Source: Octopus bimaculoides (taxonomy: Eukaryota). Taken from it: 55,477 bases of DNA. This document shows positions 1 to 11,934 of this stretch, in pieces. A program made the translations under genes and the position numbers. Where the stretch lies: contig NC_069000.1 of the NCBI RefSeq assembly GCF_001194135.2, forward strand, positions 40,814,950 through 40,870,426, in the 5' to 3' direction. The stretch's first letter is position 1. Every line of letters starts with the position of its first letter. The notes under the pieces are model-generated. The model worked only from the letters and a program-made list of their open reading frames with translations, had not been told where the DNA came from and did no database searches.

Positions 1-273
1 ATACACATAAATATATATGTATATATATATATACATATATATTTATGTGTATGTGTGTGTTTGTGTGTGTGTGTATAGTATTTTAGCACACAATGCTTTG
101 TTGAAAAATCAACTGTATAAAAATATCAGAGCATTGTAAAAACTCAACATTAAACTTGTTAATCAAATATAGTGTCACCTTTTCAACACTATACTCACAA
201 ATACATGCACACATGTGTAGACAATTGCTTACCCCATTATAGGGTTGAGGTGCTACTGAAATCTGCACACAAC

Positions 274-279
274 TTTATT
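274..279 (-). terminator. Candidate polyadenylation signal (AATAAA) of the 757-aa ZNF gene
   Basis: TTTATT on + at 274-279, ~335 nt past the stop codon. Not confirmed by transcript data. Confidence 0.4.
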
Positions 280-612
280 GGAAGTTATTTTTACTGTTTT
301 CATCTTTCTCTTTCTTATTTTTCTTCAATAGAATCGGGTATCAACTCTTGCCTACCACAGACTTGCAGACACTTTTTTTTCTGATTGAGGCAGAATTCAC
401 AGAATAAAAATATATATAAAGGAAATGTAAATAGAACTCTATTTAAATATCAATATTTTTTTTACAACAAAACTTTACTTATTCATTCCAAGCAATAAAT
501 ATGCTTATGTTTTTTTCCCCTTTTTATATAATTCTCATTCCAAACACCACTCTAAGGTTTGGAAATTAAAGGGCAGGGAGCAAATGTTGTTCTAAATGGA
601 TTGTGTGAAGCC

Positions 613-2886
613 TTAGGACAAGTATCCTAATGGTTTCATCATGTCTCCGGTTTTAGACATTTTAGGACAGACTGAAGAATTTGATTTAACATTCATGTTC
701 AAAGTGGACATATTGTGTTCATGGTGATGGCGGTGGTGATGGTGGTGGTGATGGTGGTGGTGGTGGTGATGACCCATGGATGATGTCATGCCCATATGTA
801 TTGGCCTTGTGAAGGGAGGCACATCAGAATTAGGGAGGGCCAGATGTGTTAAACTGTTCTGCTTGGTTTGTGGTACTTCATATTCAGCATTGTATGCAGT
901 CTGTTGGATTTCGTTAGCTTTCTCACATTCCTTGGCATGTTTTGGCAAAGAAAGCTCAGAGAACATCAAAGAGCAGTATGCACAGTGAAAAGATCTTAGT
1001 TTCTGGAAGTTTTTAACATGAATATACAGGAATTTAGTTTTACTAAAGGCCATTCCGCAATGACTGCATTTATATAATTTGGGCACTGTTGAATCTTCAT
1101 TTTCCATTTCTGCTAGAGTTTGACAATCCTCTTCGTCTGAACATGAAACATTCCAAGAATGTTCCTCATTTGGGATTCTGTTTGAATTTTGATGGTTCAA
1201 CTTGGCATGAGTGGTGGAATTGTTTGTAAGTTTATTTGACTCCATTAACATCTCTATGTGTCTGTCTCCATCCATTAAAGAAGATCTTGATGTTTCTAGC
1301 CCTGCTATTTTATCATCTTTTCCAGAGTGCATCTGCTGCTTTTCATTGGAAGATGAAAGCTCTAAAAGACTCTGGGTTAAGCTGAATGAGCTTCCAAGAT
1401 TCAACTGGTGGTCATCTACATGTTTTTCCAGGGCAGCAATATCAGAGAATATTTGCTGACAATGAGAACATTCATAGGGCTTGTATCGGCTCACATCAAG
1501 CAAGTGGAGGAGATATTTAATTTTCGTGTACAACGTCTTATTACAGTGCTTACAGTGAAAGGGTTTCTCTCCAAGATGGGTCTTCCAATGACGTGTGCAT
1601 GTAGGTTTAGTAGCAAAGTCTTCATAACACAATTCACAACGGAATGGTTTTTTTGTATGCTTCCTTTCGTGGCTAACAAGAGCATCTGATGACAGAAACA
1701 CTTTACAACAAATATTGCAACTATATGACTTTCCTGGGTTACGCCAAGCAACTGGCGACGAAGCAGATATTGATAAGTTGTAATGTGCTTTGCGATGCAC
1801 AGCCAAACTGCTAGACGTTGAAAATAGTTTGAAGCAATGTTCACACTGGTGTCGCTTCTCCCCTGTATGGGATCGTGTGTGCACACCAAGACTACTGGAA
1901 GTGGTGAAGCATTTTTCACAATATACACATTTGTAGGGTCTTTCGCCAGTGTGAGATCGTAAATGCACAGTGAGACTGCCAGACGTGATAAACATCTTGT
2001 CGCAGAATTTGCACTGGAAACGCTTCTCTCCCGTGTGAGTCTTGATGTGCACAAGAAGACTTCCAGAGGTTGTGAAAAGTTTTTCACAAAACTTGCACTG
2101 GTAATTCTTCTCACCTGTATGGGAACGAAGATGCACTAGAAGACTGCCGGAAGTTGTGAAGAACTTCTCGCACAGATCACATCGATATCTTTTCTCCCCT
2201 GTATGCGTACGTTTGTGCACTAAAAGACTTCCCGATGTGGAGAACATCTTGTGACAGGTCTCACATTCATAGCTTTTTTCACCTGTGTGTGTACGAAGGT
2301 GTATGTTCAAACTACTAGCAGTTGACAAAAGCTTCTCGCAAACGTTACATTTAAATGTCATCCCATAATGGGTCTTGAGATGCCTTGTTAATTGAGCAGA
2401 TTTTGAAAATGTCTTCTGACAATAGTCACACTGAATAGATCCATAATGTATAGTGCCAAGCATAGAATGGCATTTCATATGACGCTGCAACAGGATTGGT
2501 TGTGAAAAGATTTTCTGGCAATATTTACATCTGATTGGATTCTCTTTCATATCATAATGTCTGCTGCCGTGTTGACTATTGGAAGTTGGGATGTTCTTGT
2601 ACATATGTTCATTAGCAATATTACTGCCAGAATCCATCATTCTTTTGTGAACAAACCCTTGCTCAGAGAGTGGCAGCAGCATATCACTGTTTACTTCTGA
2701 GTGGCTCACACCACCTTCAAGCCACTTCCTTCGTTGATTGTCCAACATTGGAGTTGTGGATCCAATATGTTCACGGAAATTTATTGAACTGTCATTGTAC
2801 ATACTGTGATCTGGGAAATTATGATCACTTGGCACAGAATTGCTTGTATCGTTTAGAGGAGGCACTGACACTTCACACTCAGCCAT
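613..2886 (-). CDS. C2H2 (Kruppel-type) zinc-finger protein, 757 aa, ~15 fingers (three degenerate), single coding exon, poly-His tail
   Basis: Uninterrupted ORF with repeated CxxC-x12-H-x3-H motifs and TGEK/TGERP linkers. ATG at 2886 lies in good context (AAGATGG). An upstream acceptor TTTTTCTAATTTCAG|G puts the exon start at 3003. Confidence 0.93.
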   Translation of the reverse strand: MAECEVSVPPLNDTSNSVPSDHNFPDHSMYNDSSINFREHIGSTTPMLDNQRRKWLEGGVSHSEVNSDMLLPLSEQGFVHKRMMDSGSNIANEHMYKNIPTSNSQHGSRHYDMKENPIRCKYCQKIFSQPILLQRHMKCHSMLGTIHYGSIQCDYCQKTFSKSAQLTRHLKTHYGMTFKCNVCEKLLSTASSLNIHLRTHTGEKSYECETCHKMFSTSGSLLVHKRTHTGEKRYRCDLCEKFFTTSGSLLVHLRSHTGEKNYQCKFCEKLFTTSGSLLVHIKTHTGEKRFQCKFCDKMFITSGSLTVHLRSHTGERPYKCVYCEKCFTTSSSLGVHTRSHTGEKRHQCEHCFKLFSTSSSLAVHRKAHYNLSISASSPVAWRNPGKSYSCNICCKVFLSSDALVSHERKHTKKPFRCELCYEDFATKPTCTRHWKTHLGEKPFHCKHCNKTLYTKIKYLLHLLDVSRYKPYECSHCQQIFSDIAALEKHVDDHQLNLGSSFSLTQSLLELSSSNEKQQMHSGKDDKIAGLETSRSSLMDGDRHIEMLMESNKLTNNSTTHAKLNHQNSNRIPNEEHSWNVSCSDEEDCQTLAEMENEDSTVPKLYKCSHCGMAFSKTKFLYIHVKNFQKLRSFHCAYCSLMFSELSLPKHAKECEKANEIQQTAYNAEYEVPQTKQNSLTHLALPNSDVPPFTRPIHMGMTSSMGHHHHHHHHHHHHHRHHHEHNMSTLNMNVKSNSSVCPKMSKTGDMMKPLGYLS

Positions 2887-3003
2887 CTTGGTTAGAAAAA
2901 CGGAAATTGGATCAATATTTAAACAGAGTTCATTTCACAGATTTATTAAAGTTCTTTGAAGTTTCATAACAAATCATTGTTGATGTCAGCTGACTGCAAA
3001 ATC

Positions 3004-3025
3004 CTGAAATTAGAAAAAAAAATTA
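3004..3025 (-). other. 3' splice acceptor preceding the ZNF coding exon
   Basis: Minus strand reads TTTTTTTTCTAATTTCAG|GATTTTG (polypyrimidine tract, CTAAT, CAG). Confidence 0.75.
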
Positions 3026-3029
3026 AAAT

Positions 3030-3069
3030 ATAATAATAATAATAATAATAATAAATAATAATAATAATA

Positions 3070-3110
<41 letters not shown>

Positions 3111-3115
3111 TGATA
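3030..3115. repeat. (TAA)n/(ATT)n microsatellite next to the acceptor
   Basis: Direct reading of the sequence. Confidence 0.95.
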
Positions 3116-3394
3116 ATAAAACAAGAAGAAGAGCATGACTGTTATTGGTAATAAATAGAGATTGACTGTTTATTAAAATGAAAATGAAATGAATGAACAA
3201 TATTTCAACATCCTGTGAGTCTTTTACAAGTTCAAAATATAAAATGAAATTAAATTCAAAGATAGGAAACACTGAAACATTCAAAATTAAACCAGAATAA
3301 CTGTGTTTCTTTCCAAGTAAAACAACATCATCAGTCTTCGGTCTTTCACAAAAGGTAGCAGAGAGAAAGTAATAATAATAATAATAATAATAAT

Positions 3395-3845
3395 CCTTTC
3401 TACTATAACTACAAGGCCTGAAATTTGGGGTAGGTGGATAGTCGATTACATTGACCCCAGTACTCAACTGGTACTTAGTTTATCAACCTCGAAAGGATTC
3501 ATTGCAAAGTGTGGAGTTGGATAGGTAGGGGAGGTAATGAAGAGTAAGTGGAGACTACAGAGATTTGACAGGGTTGATGTAGTGAATTGTGGCTGGCTAA
3601 AAGGTGGAGCGGGTGAAGAGTAGTAGAATAGCAATGATGGTTTCACATTTTGGTGACAGGTCCAGCTTTTGAGGAGAGAGGGAAGTTGATTACACTGACC
3701 CCACCCTCCACCAGTACTTGACTGATTCTGATTTTATTGACACCAAAAGGATGGTGGACTCTGAATTTAGAATGTAAAGATGGATGAAATACAGCTGAGC
3801 ATTTTGTCTAGTGTGCTAATGGTTCTGCCAGCTTGACACCTTAGT
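3395..3845 (-). mobile_element. Two partial copies of tRNA-derived SINE family E ((ATT)n tail)
   Basis: Match the repeated unit ggcacaaggcctgaaatttt...cgaccccagtactcaactggtac...gaaaggatgaaaggcaaagtcgacc...gaactcaga seen many times in the window. Confidence 0.7.
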
Positions 3846-3867
3846 AGAATAGTAACAATGGTGCAGT

Positions 3868-3938
<71 letters not shown>

Positions 3939-4261
3939 GAAAGATATGATGAGTGACTGGATAGGCTACTAGAGTGTGAAGGGGGAGAGGTAGGTGTTTA
4001 ACATAGGAAGAGCGAGATGACTTGATGGTTCAAGAGTTGGGGTCAATGTAGAATGTGGTTGGAGAGAACAGTGTTAAAGATGAAGTGTTAAAGATTGTGC
4101 GAAACGGTTCCAGGTAGTGAGCAAGGTTGATGGTATCAAGGAAAAGCAGTAGTTAGAGAGATGAAGGGTGGTGGAAGTGTTTTGATAGGGAGTTAAGCAA
4201 TTGGTTCATTTGTGAATATATACAGGTATTTCTAGGAAGTTTTATTGTTGTTTAGTGTGAC

Positions 4262-4510
4262 CATCAGCATCATCGTTTAACGTCCGCCTTCCACGCCAAC
4301 CACTCCGAGAGTGTAGTGGGTGCTTTTACATGCCACCGGCACGAAGGCCAGTCAGGAGGTACTGGCAACGGCCACACTCGAAATGGTGTATTTTACGTGC
4401 CACCTGCACAAGAGCCAGTCCAGCAGTACTGGCAACGAACTCGCTCGAATGTCTTTTCACATGCCACTGGCACAAGTGCCAGGAAGACGACGTTGGTAAC
4501 GGTCACGAAT
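4262..4510 (-). mobile_element. (ATG)n-tailed repeat family A (RTE-like 3' end/SINE), internally deleted copy
   Basis: catcatcgtttaacgtccgc...aaccactccgagagtgtagtgggtgctttt is shared with about ten other copies. Confidence 0.75.
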
Positions 4511-5114
4511 CCCATATTCTGGAATTTTTTACTCTTTACATCGAAGCAATTTTCTCTAAAGGAACATTACTATCAATAGTATAAAAAAATGTTTAATTGC
4601 AAGTTGAGTAGATGACAGGTGGAGTAGGGAAGGGGGAGTGAGGTGGCAGGTGAGGTAGCAAGGTATAGTGTAGTGGTGAGGTTGCTGCAGACATCAGTGC
4701 AGCAGTAGAGCAGTTTTGCTGAACAAATAAAAAGATCAGCCACAGATAAGTGTAGAGCTGCAGGAGATAGTAGAGAAGAAGTAACACAAAACAAAAACCG
4801 AATAATATTTAGTTGAAAGCAACATCAGAAATCAACAACAACTTCTTGCATTGGTACAAGGTTTATGGGTTAAAGGTGACTAAATTTACCCCTTAGCCCT
4901 TTCGATACTATATTTCCGCTGAAACAAACTACCTTACTTCCAAATAACTTAAAAAGTAATGAAGAATTTAATAAAATAAATTTGCTCTTATTTATTTGGT
5001 GCTTGGAATTTAAATTAAAATGAAATTTTAATGGAAAAGTGCAAGTTTAGATTGTTTTAAAACAGGAAGATTGTATTATATCTAGAACCAACGACAGTTT
5101 CAGGTGGGTTGATA

Positions 5115-6640
5115 TTCTTTTCTACTCTAGGTACAAGGCCCGAAATTTTTGGGGTGGGGGCCCAGTTGATTAGATCGACCCCAGTACGCAACTGGTACTT
5201 AATTTATCACCTCCGAAAGGATGAAAGGCAAAGTCGACCTCGGTGGAATTTGAACTCAGAACATTAAAACAGACGAAATACTGCTAAGTATTTCGCCAGG
5301 CATGCTAACAGTTCTGCCAGCTCAAATAACAATAATGATAAGTTTCAGGTGGGTTGATATTAAAATGGTTAAAATATGACTGGTACTTAATTGTAAGTTT
5401 TGGTAGGATTTAGACTCACAATAAAGAGCACCAGAACTAAATATTGTAAACATAAATAGTCTGTTTGTTGTGTCACCTTTTCTATTAAACCACAGCCTCA
5501 AAAGTAATTGTTTTGAATTGGGATGCAAGGTTAATAATTGTGAAGGAGGCAAGGTTAGTCAAATACATCCACCCTTAGAACTTGACTGGTACTTTATTGA
5601 TGCCAAAAGGATGAAAACAAATATTTCCAACAGAAATAGTTAAAAGAAATACTACAAGGCATTTTAGTACACCTCAATAATAATAATAATGCTCCTTTCT
5701 TCTATAGGCACAAGGCCTGAAATTTTGTGGGAGAGGGGACTAGTTGATTACATAGACCCCAATTTTCCACTGGTACTTAATTTACTGACCCTGGAAGGAT
5801 GTAAGGCAAAGTCAACCTCAATGGAATTCGAACTCAGAGTGTGAAGATGGATGAAATGTCACTAAGTATTTTACCTTGTGTACTAACGATTCTGTAAGTT
5901 CACCATCTTAGTAATAATTATAATAATAATCTTTTCTACTATAGGCACAAGGCCTGAAACTTTGGGGATGGGGGACAGTCAATTACATCGACCCCAGTGC
6001 AAAACTGATACTTATTTAATTGACCCCGAAAGGATGATGAGCAAAGTCAACCCCAGCAGAATCTGAACTCAGAACACAGTGACTGGCGAAATACCGCAAA
6101 GCATTTCATCGAGCGTGCTAATGATTCTACCAGCTCACTACCTTAATAATAAAAATAAGAATGATGATTTCGAATTTTGGCACGAGGCCAGCAAGTTTGG
6201 GGGAGGGGTAAGTCAATTAGATCGCCCCCAATGCGTAAGTGGTACTTATTTTATCGACCCTGAAAGGATGAGAGGCAAAGCTGACCTCGGTCGAATTTGA
6301 ACTCAGAATGTAAAGAGACGAAATACTGCTAAGCATTTTGCCCAGTAACAATTAGAAAGACAACAATGGTGATGGTGGTGATGATGATGATAATCACTGC
6401 CTTCTTAATAATGATAATAATGATAATAATAATAATAATAATAATAATAATTCTTTCTACTATAAGCACAAGGCCTGAAATTTTGGGGACAGAGGGTTAG
6501 TCGATTACATCAACTCTAGAGCTCAACTGGTATTTATTTTATTGACCCTGAGAAGGTGAATGGACTCAATGTATAAAACAAAATAAATGCTGCTAAGCAT
6601 TTTGTCCAGAATGCTAATGATTCTGCTAACTCACAAACCT
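5115..6640 (-). mobile_element. Head-to-tail cluster of six SINE family E copies
   Basis: Copies at ~5115-5325, 5555-5672 (partial), 5693-5910, 5929-6145, 6165-6345 and 6452-6640. All have the same orientation and most are separated by (TAA)n. On minus, the head has an A-box-like TGGCAGAATCG and a B-box-like GAGTTCAAATTCC. Confidence 0.85.
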
Positions 6641-6651
6641 TCTCAGTAATA

Positions 6652-6700
<49 letters not shown>

Positions 6701-6859
6701 GGATGATGTTTCCAAACACAGGCACAAGGTCACACATTTGCAGTGGTAACAGAGGAGACAGGTGTGGTGGGTGATAGAGTTGTTTACAGAATAAATATCA
6801 CAGTGTCATCTGCATGGAGTAAACAATATCTAATTTAGTTTTATCGGAGTGGTTGGTAC

Positions 6860-7025
6860 TACACTCTTGGAGTGGTTGGTGTTAAGAAGGGCATCCAGCT
6901 GTAGAAACTCTGCCAAATCAGATTGGAGCCTGGTGTAGCCATCTGGTTCACCAGTCCTCAGTCAAATCGTCCAACCCATGCTAGCATGGAAAGCGGACGT
7001 TAAATGATGATGATGATGATGATGA
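6860..7025 (+). mobile_element. Repeat family A ending in (ATG)n
   Basis: ggagtggttggtgttaagaagggcatccagctgtagaaactctgcc...gcggacgttaaatgatgatgatg. Confidence 0.85.
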
Positions 7026-7059
7026 AATTTATTTAATGCAGAAAGTTTACACACACACA

Positions 7060-7262
7060 CATGTTCTTTTACTTGTTTCAGTCATTTTGACTGTGGCCAT
7101 GTTGGAGCATCGCCTTAAAGGCTTTTTAAATCAAAGAAATTGACTCCAGAACTTATTCCGTGTAAGCCTAGCAGCTATTCTATTTTGATTGAACCACAAA
7201 GTTATGGGGACGTAAACACACCAACCTTGGTTGTCAAGTGATGGGGGTGGGGGAATAAACAA

Positions 7263-7309
<47 letters not shown>

Positions 7310-7549
7310 TATAGGGCAGGGAATTGCCAATTAGTTAATAAAATTAATAATTAACAATTTTGCCAAGTAGTTCAGTATGCAAAAAAACCTTTATCGGTAA
7401 ACCATTTACAATTATAAACATATAGGGATCAGCATGCTGATCCTTATATGTTTATANNNNNNNNNNNNNNNNNNNNNNNNNNNNNNNNNNNNNNNNNNNN
7501 NNNNNNNNNNNNNNNNNNNNNNNNNNNNNNNNNNNNNNNNNNNNNNNNN

Positions 7550-7592
<43 letters not shown>

Positions 7593-7725
7593 TAGATAGA
7601 TAGATAGATAGATATGATGGTCTTCTTTCAGTTTCTGTCTACCAAATCCACTCAAGGCTTTGGTTGGCCTGAGGCTACAGGAGAAGACATTTGCCCAAGG
7701 TGCCATGATGTGGGACTGAACCCAA
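7060..7725 (-). mobile_element. CORE-like SINE family C (head 7611-7725, tail 7060-7265) split by microsatellite, extra sequence and an N gap
   Basis: Head and tail are reverse complements of the 9107-9545 copy. Confidence 0.65.
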
Positions 7726-7801
7726 GCTAACTAGAAATAATTATATAGCAAAAGGGGCAAAAAAAGAACAAATAAGAAAAAATATCAAGATCAGTCAATG
7801 A

Positions 7802-8030
7802 TTAGCTCATTAGCATTCAGATCACTCGATCAAATGTAATGCTTATTTATTCATATTGTTTAGAAATTAATCATTCATTATCTCATAGCTTTGAAACTTT
7901 CATGATGTGGTTGTATATTTTTAGAATGACATTGTAGGGAAGGTGTGAGAAGCCAGATCTGGCTAATTTGAACATAAAACGGGTAGAATATTTGGGCTGT
8001 GTATGGCTGATTTAAATGTTAAAAGGTTAA
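7802..8030 (-). mobile_element. piggyBac-like MITE (family 2), degenerate
   Basis: Ends tttaaatgttaaaaggttaa. The body is the reverse complement of the 20489-20695 copy that starts TTAA-CCCTTTAGCATTTAAA. Confidence 0.65.
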
Positions 8031-8194
8031 AGATTAAAAGTTAGTCTGTTTTCAAGTTTCATCAGTCTACTATGTAAGTTCAAACCCAGCTGGGGTTCTT
8101 AAAATATGTACCAGTCATAAACTGGTGTTGGGTTCAGCAGACCATCCTTCTCTCCAACAACTTGTGAATTTCTAACAATGGATCAAATTATTAA

Positions 8195-8314
8195 GTAGTG
8201 GTGATGGTGGTGGTGATGGTGGTGGTGATAGTGAAAGTAGTAACTACAATAAGCAACTGTAATTAGCAGCAGTAATAGTTATAGTACAAGTAGCAACCAT
8301 TAGCAGTGATGGTG

Positions 8315-8357
<43 letters not shown>

Positions 8358-8499
8358 CAGTAGTAATAGTAATGGCAGTGGTAGTGCTTAGTAGTAGTGG
8401 CAGTAGTAATAGTGATGGCAGTGGTAGTGCATAATAGTAGTAGTAGTAGGAGGAGGAGGAGTCATAGTAGCAGTGGTGGTGGTGGTGGTGAAGATAGTA

Positions 8500-8536
<37 letters not shown>

Positions 8537-8560
8537 CTGTTACTAGTAGTAACAGTAAGA
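8195..8560. repeat. Compound (TGG)/(TAG) trinucleotide low-complexity block
   Basis: Direct reading of the sequence. Confidence 0.9.
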
Positions 8561-9106
8561 ACATTAATACAGATATTAGAATACTGGAAACGGGCCAAAT
8601 TTTAATCCCACTTGCTAATGTTTGGTAGGATGGGGGACTAGATCTGGGCAAGAAGTAGAGTGAGAAACAACGCTAAGAGAAGAAATGCTATGAGTTTGTT
8701 TACATTAGAATGGTTGTGTCCTCTCGACTAGCTGCTAGGACGGGCAATGAATGGTAAGATCAGAGGCATACTCGTTGTCAACATCATCACCATTGTTGTT
8801 TTTCTAATTGTTGTACAAACTGGTAACAACCAGACATGGACATCCTTGGCACACATATACCATCTTTGTACTCTGCTGCTCTGAGTGTTCTTACCATGTG
8901 TATCCCAGTTTAGTTACATTACTGAGTCCTTGCATGTCATAACAGATAACTGAAAGGGTTTGTGACAGGATGATTGATGGCCATCTTTAATTCAACTCCT
9001 GTTCAGAATGACTGATCCTTTTTACAGTTGATAAAATACCAGTAATTCATTAATTTCTATTTAATGAATAATAAAACCACTTCAAGCAAGAAATATATAA
9101 AATAAA

Positions 9107-9261
9107 TAGGAATGGCTGTATGGTAAGTAGCTTGCTTACCAACCACATGGTTCCAGGTTCAGTCCCACTGCGTGGCACCTTCGGCAGGTGTCTTCTACTA
9201 TAGCCTCGAGCCGACCAAAGCCTTGTGAGTGGATTTGGTAGACGGAAACTGAAAAGAAGCC

Positions 9262-9327
<66 letters not shown>

Positions 9328-9545
9328 GTATATATGTATATGTTTGTGTGTCTGTGTTTGTCCCCCTAACATCGCTTGACAACCGATGCTGGTGTGTTTA
9401 CATTTCCGTCACTTAGCGGTTCGGCAAGAGAGAACGATAAAATAAGTACTAGGCTTACAAAGAATAAGTCCTGGGGTGGATTTGCTTGACTAAAGGCGGT
9501 GCTCCAGCATGGCCGCAGTCAAATGACTGAAACAAATAAAAGAAT
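9107..9545 (+). mobile_element. Full-length tRNA-derived CORE-like SINE (family C) with internal (TA)n
   Basis: A-box-like TGGCTGTATGGTAAG and B-box-like GGTTCAGTCCC. The segment ggcacctt(c/g)ggcaagtgtcttct resembles the CORE domain (gaccttgggcaagtcac). (TA)n at ~9268-9340 is followed by the tail cttagcggttcggcaa...cagtcaaatgactgaaac-aataaaaga. Confidence 0.8.
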
Positions 9546-10102
9546 AAAAGAAAAAAACAAAAGAATGGTTACAAATTTTAGCCCATGGCAAGCAAATTTA
9601 GGGAGATGGGTGGTTGATTATATTGATCCCAATACTCTGAAAAAATGGAAAGTAAAGTTAACCTTAGTGGCCTTTGGACTCAGGATGCAAAGAACCAGAA
9701 TAAATGCTGTTAAGCATTTTGTCTGATATAATTAATAATGAGAATTAACAATCTAAGTATTCTTGGAATGGCTGATTTAATTCACTGTTTGGTTTTATGC
9801 CAGCGTCTGGCCCATTGGTATCTTTTATAGAAGTTCACTGTGCTGGAAGCATTTAGATCAGGTCTCCAGTCCAAAGATAACTTTGTCAAACTCAGTGGTT
9901 CTCAAACAGAATGCTGCAAGACATATATAGGTACAACACTGATCTTTGAACATATGTCATAGGTGTAAGCACAGCTGTGTGTGGTTAAATTTACTTCACA
10001 ACTATATGGTTATAAGCTCAATCCCATTTGGACAAGTATTAGGTCAACCAATGCCCTATGAATGAAATTTGGCATATGAAAACTGTACAGAAACCTGTGT
10101 GC

Positions 10103-10156
<54 letters not shown>

Positions 10157-10572
10157 ATATGGGTGCACATGTGTGCTTGCATGTGTTGTGTGAGTGTATA
10201 TGTTTTTGTTTGTGCATTTCTTCACATTGACACTGCTTAGGCAGTAGTTATGGTGTTTGTGTTTCACATAAACAAAATAGCCAGCAGCTTAACAGTTAAG
10301 TGTGCAATGATAAGGAATCAACTACCTTAGCTGTAAAAAAAAATTAGAGTTGTTGCCAGAAAAAACATCTGGCCACAGAGAAAATACTGCCTAAAGAAGT
10401 GTCTCGTCCAACCCATGCCAGCATGGAAAAAAAATGAACATAAAAAGTGATGATGCAGATGATAATTTAAAGTTTTAGAAAATTCATATTAATGCTTGAG
10501 CATCTTGAGAAAGTGTTCTTCATAATTTCCTTACATACATGTATGATTAATAAAACAAGGAGACTTGCTTTC

Positions 10573-10900
10573 TCATCATCATCATTTAACGTCCGTTTTC
10601 CATGCTAGCATGGGTTGGACGATTTGACTGGGGACTGGCGAACCAGATGGCTACATCAGACTCCAATCTGATCTGGCAGAGTTTCTACAGCTAGATGCCC
10701 TTCCTAACGCCAACCACTCCGAGAGTGTAGTGGGTGCTTTTTACGTGCCGCTGGCACGAGGGCCAGTCCAGCAGTACTGGCAACAGCCATGCTCAAATGG
10801 TGTTTTTTACATGCCACCTGCACAGGAGTCAGTCCAATGTTTTGTTCACATTCCACCGGCATGAGTGCCAGTAAGGCGAAGCTGGAAACGATTGCCACCA
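10573..10900 (-). mobile_element. Repeat family A
   Basis: Same sequence family as 6860-7025, with a longer 5' portion. Confidence 0.85.
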
Positions 10901-11234
10901 GCATAGAAGCGAGATATATATATATATATATATTTCAAAATGTTTAACCTGCATGTAAAGTACACCAGAAATTTTTTTTATTTGATCTCCAAAGCATCTC
11001 AAAGTCAAAAAGATTAAGAGACATTCATGTGTATATATATGTATATGCATATATATGTATATGTGTGTCTATATATATGTGTGTGTGTGTGTGTGTATAT
11101 ACATATATATATGTGTATATGTGTGTGTGAAAATATATATATGTATACACATGCAAATATATATATGTATATATATACAAATATATATACACACAAACAC
11201 ACACAAATATACATATATACACATATATATACAT

Positions 11235-11615
11235 CTGGTGCAGCCTGCTGGCTTGCCAGTCCTCAGTCAAACCATCCAACCCATGCCAGCATGGAAAGTG
11301 GACGTTAAACGATGATGGTGATGATATACTAACACACACACATATATATATATATACACATATATACACACTTATACATACACACACACACAACACCATC
11401 ATCATCATCGTTTAACATCTGCTTTCCATGCTGGCATGGGTTGGACAGTTTGACTGAAAACTGGTAAACTGGGGTGGGGGGGTTGCACCAGGATCCAATC
11501 TGATTTGGCAAGGATTCAACGGCTGGATGCCCTTCCTGATACCAAACATTCTGAGAGTGTAGTGGGTGCTTTTTATATGCCACCGGCAAGGGTGCCATTA
11601 ACCTGACACTGGCAT
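11235..11615. mobile_element. Two family A copies tail-to-tail (11235-11325 +, 11397-11615 -)
   Basis: Opposed (ATG)n tails with a CA/TA spacer. Confidence 0.8.
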
Positions 11616-11769
11616 GTGTATATGTATGTATGTATATCTACATACCTCTGGTCAGACTTGCTTTCACAGAAAATTGGAAATGACTGATACAGCTTTTAAA
11701 GCAATAATCTTACATGATGGCAAGGCAAGGATACCCACACAAACACACACACATGTATATATGTATACA

Positions 11770-11890
11770 ACGGGCTTCGGTCAGCCTGGAGTTATAGTAG
11801 GAGACACTTCACCAAAGTGCTGTGCAGTAGGTCTGAACCCATAACCATGTGGTTTGGAAGCAAACTTCTCAAGCACAAAATCATGCCTGC
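11770..11890 (-). mobile_element. CORE-like SINE family C head
   Basis: Reverse complement similarity to 9107-9265. Confidence 0.65.
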
Positions 11891-11934
11891 ACACACACAC
11901 ACGTGTGTGTGTGTATATATATATATATATGTTG

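Noticed and set aside
1491-2114. 207-aa alternative-frame ORF, and other ORFs overlapping the two ZNF CDSs
   Set aside because: Shadow frames of the repetitive finger coding sequence with no independent protein features.
5115-6640. CRISPR-like regularly spaced repeats
   Set aside because: Units are ~200-bp diverged SINE copies in a eukaryotic context, with no short identical repeats, unique spacers or cas genes.
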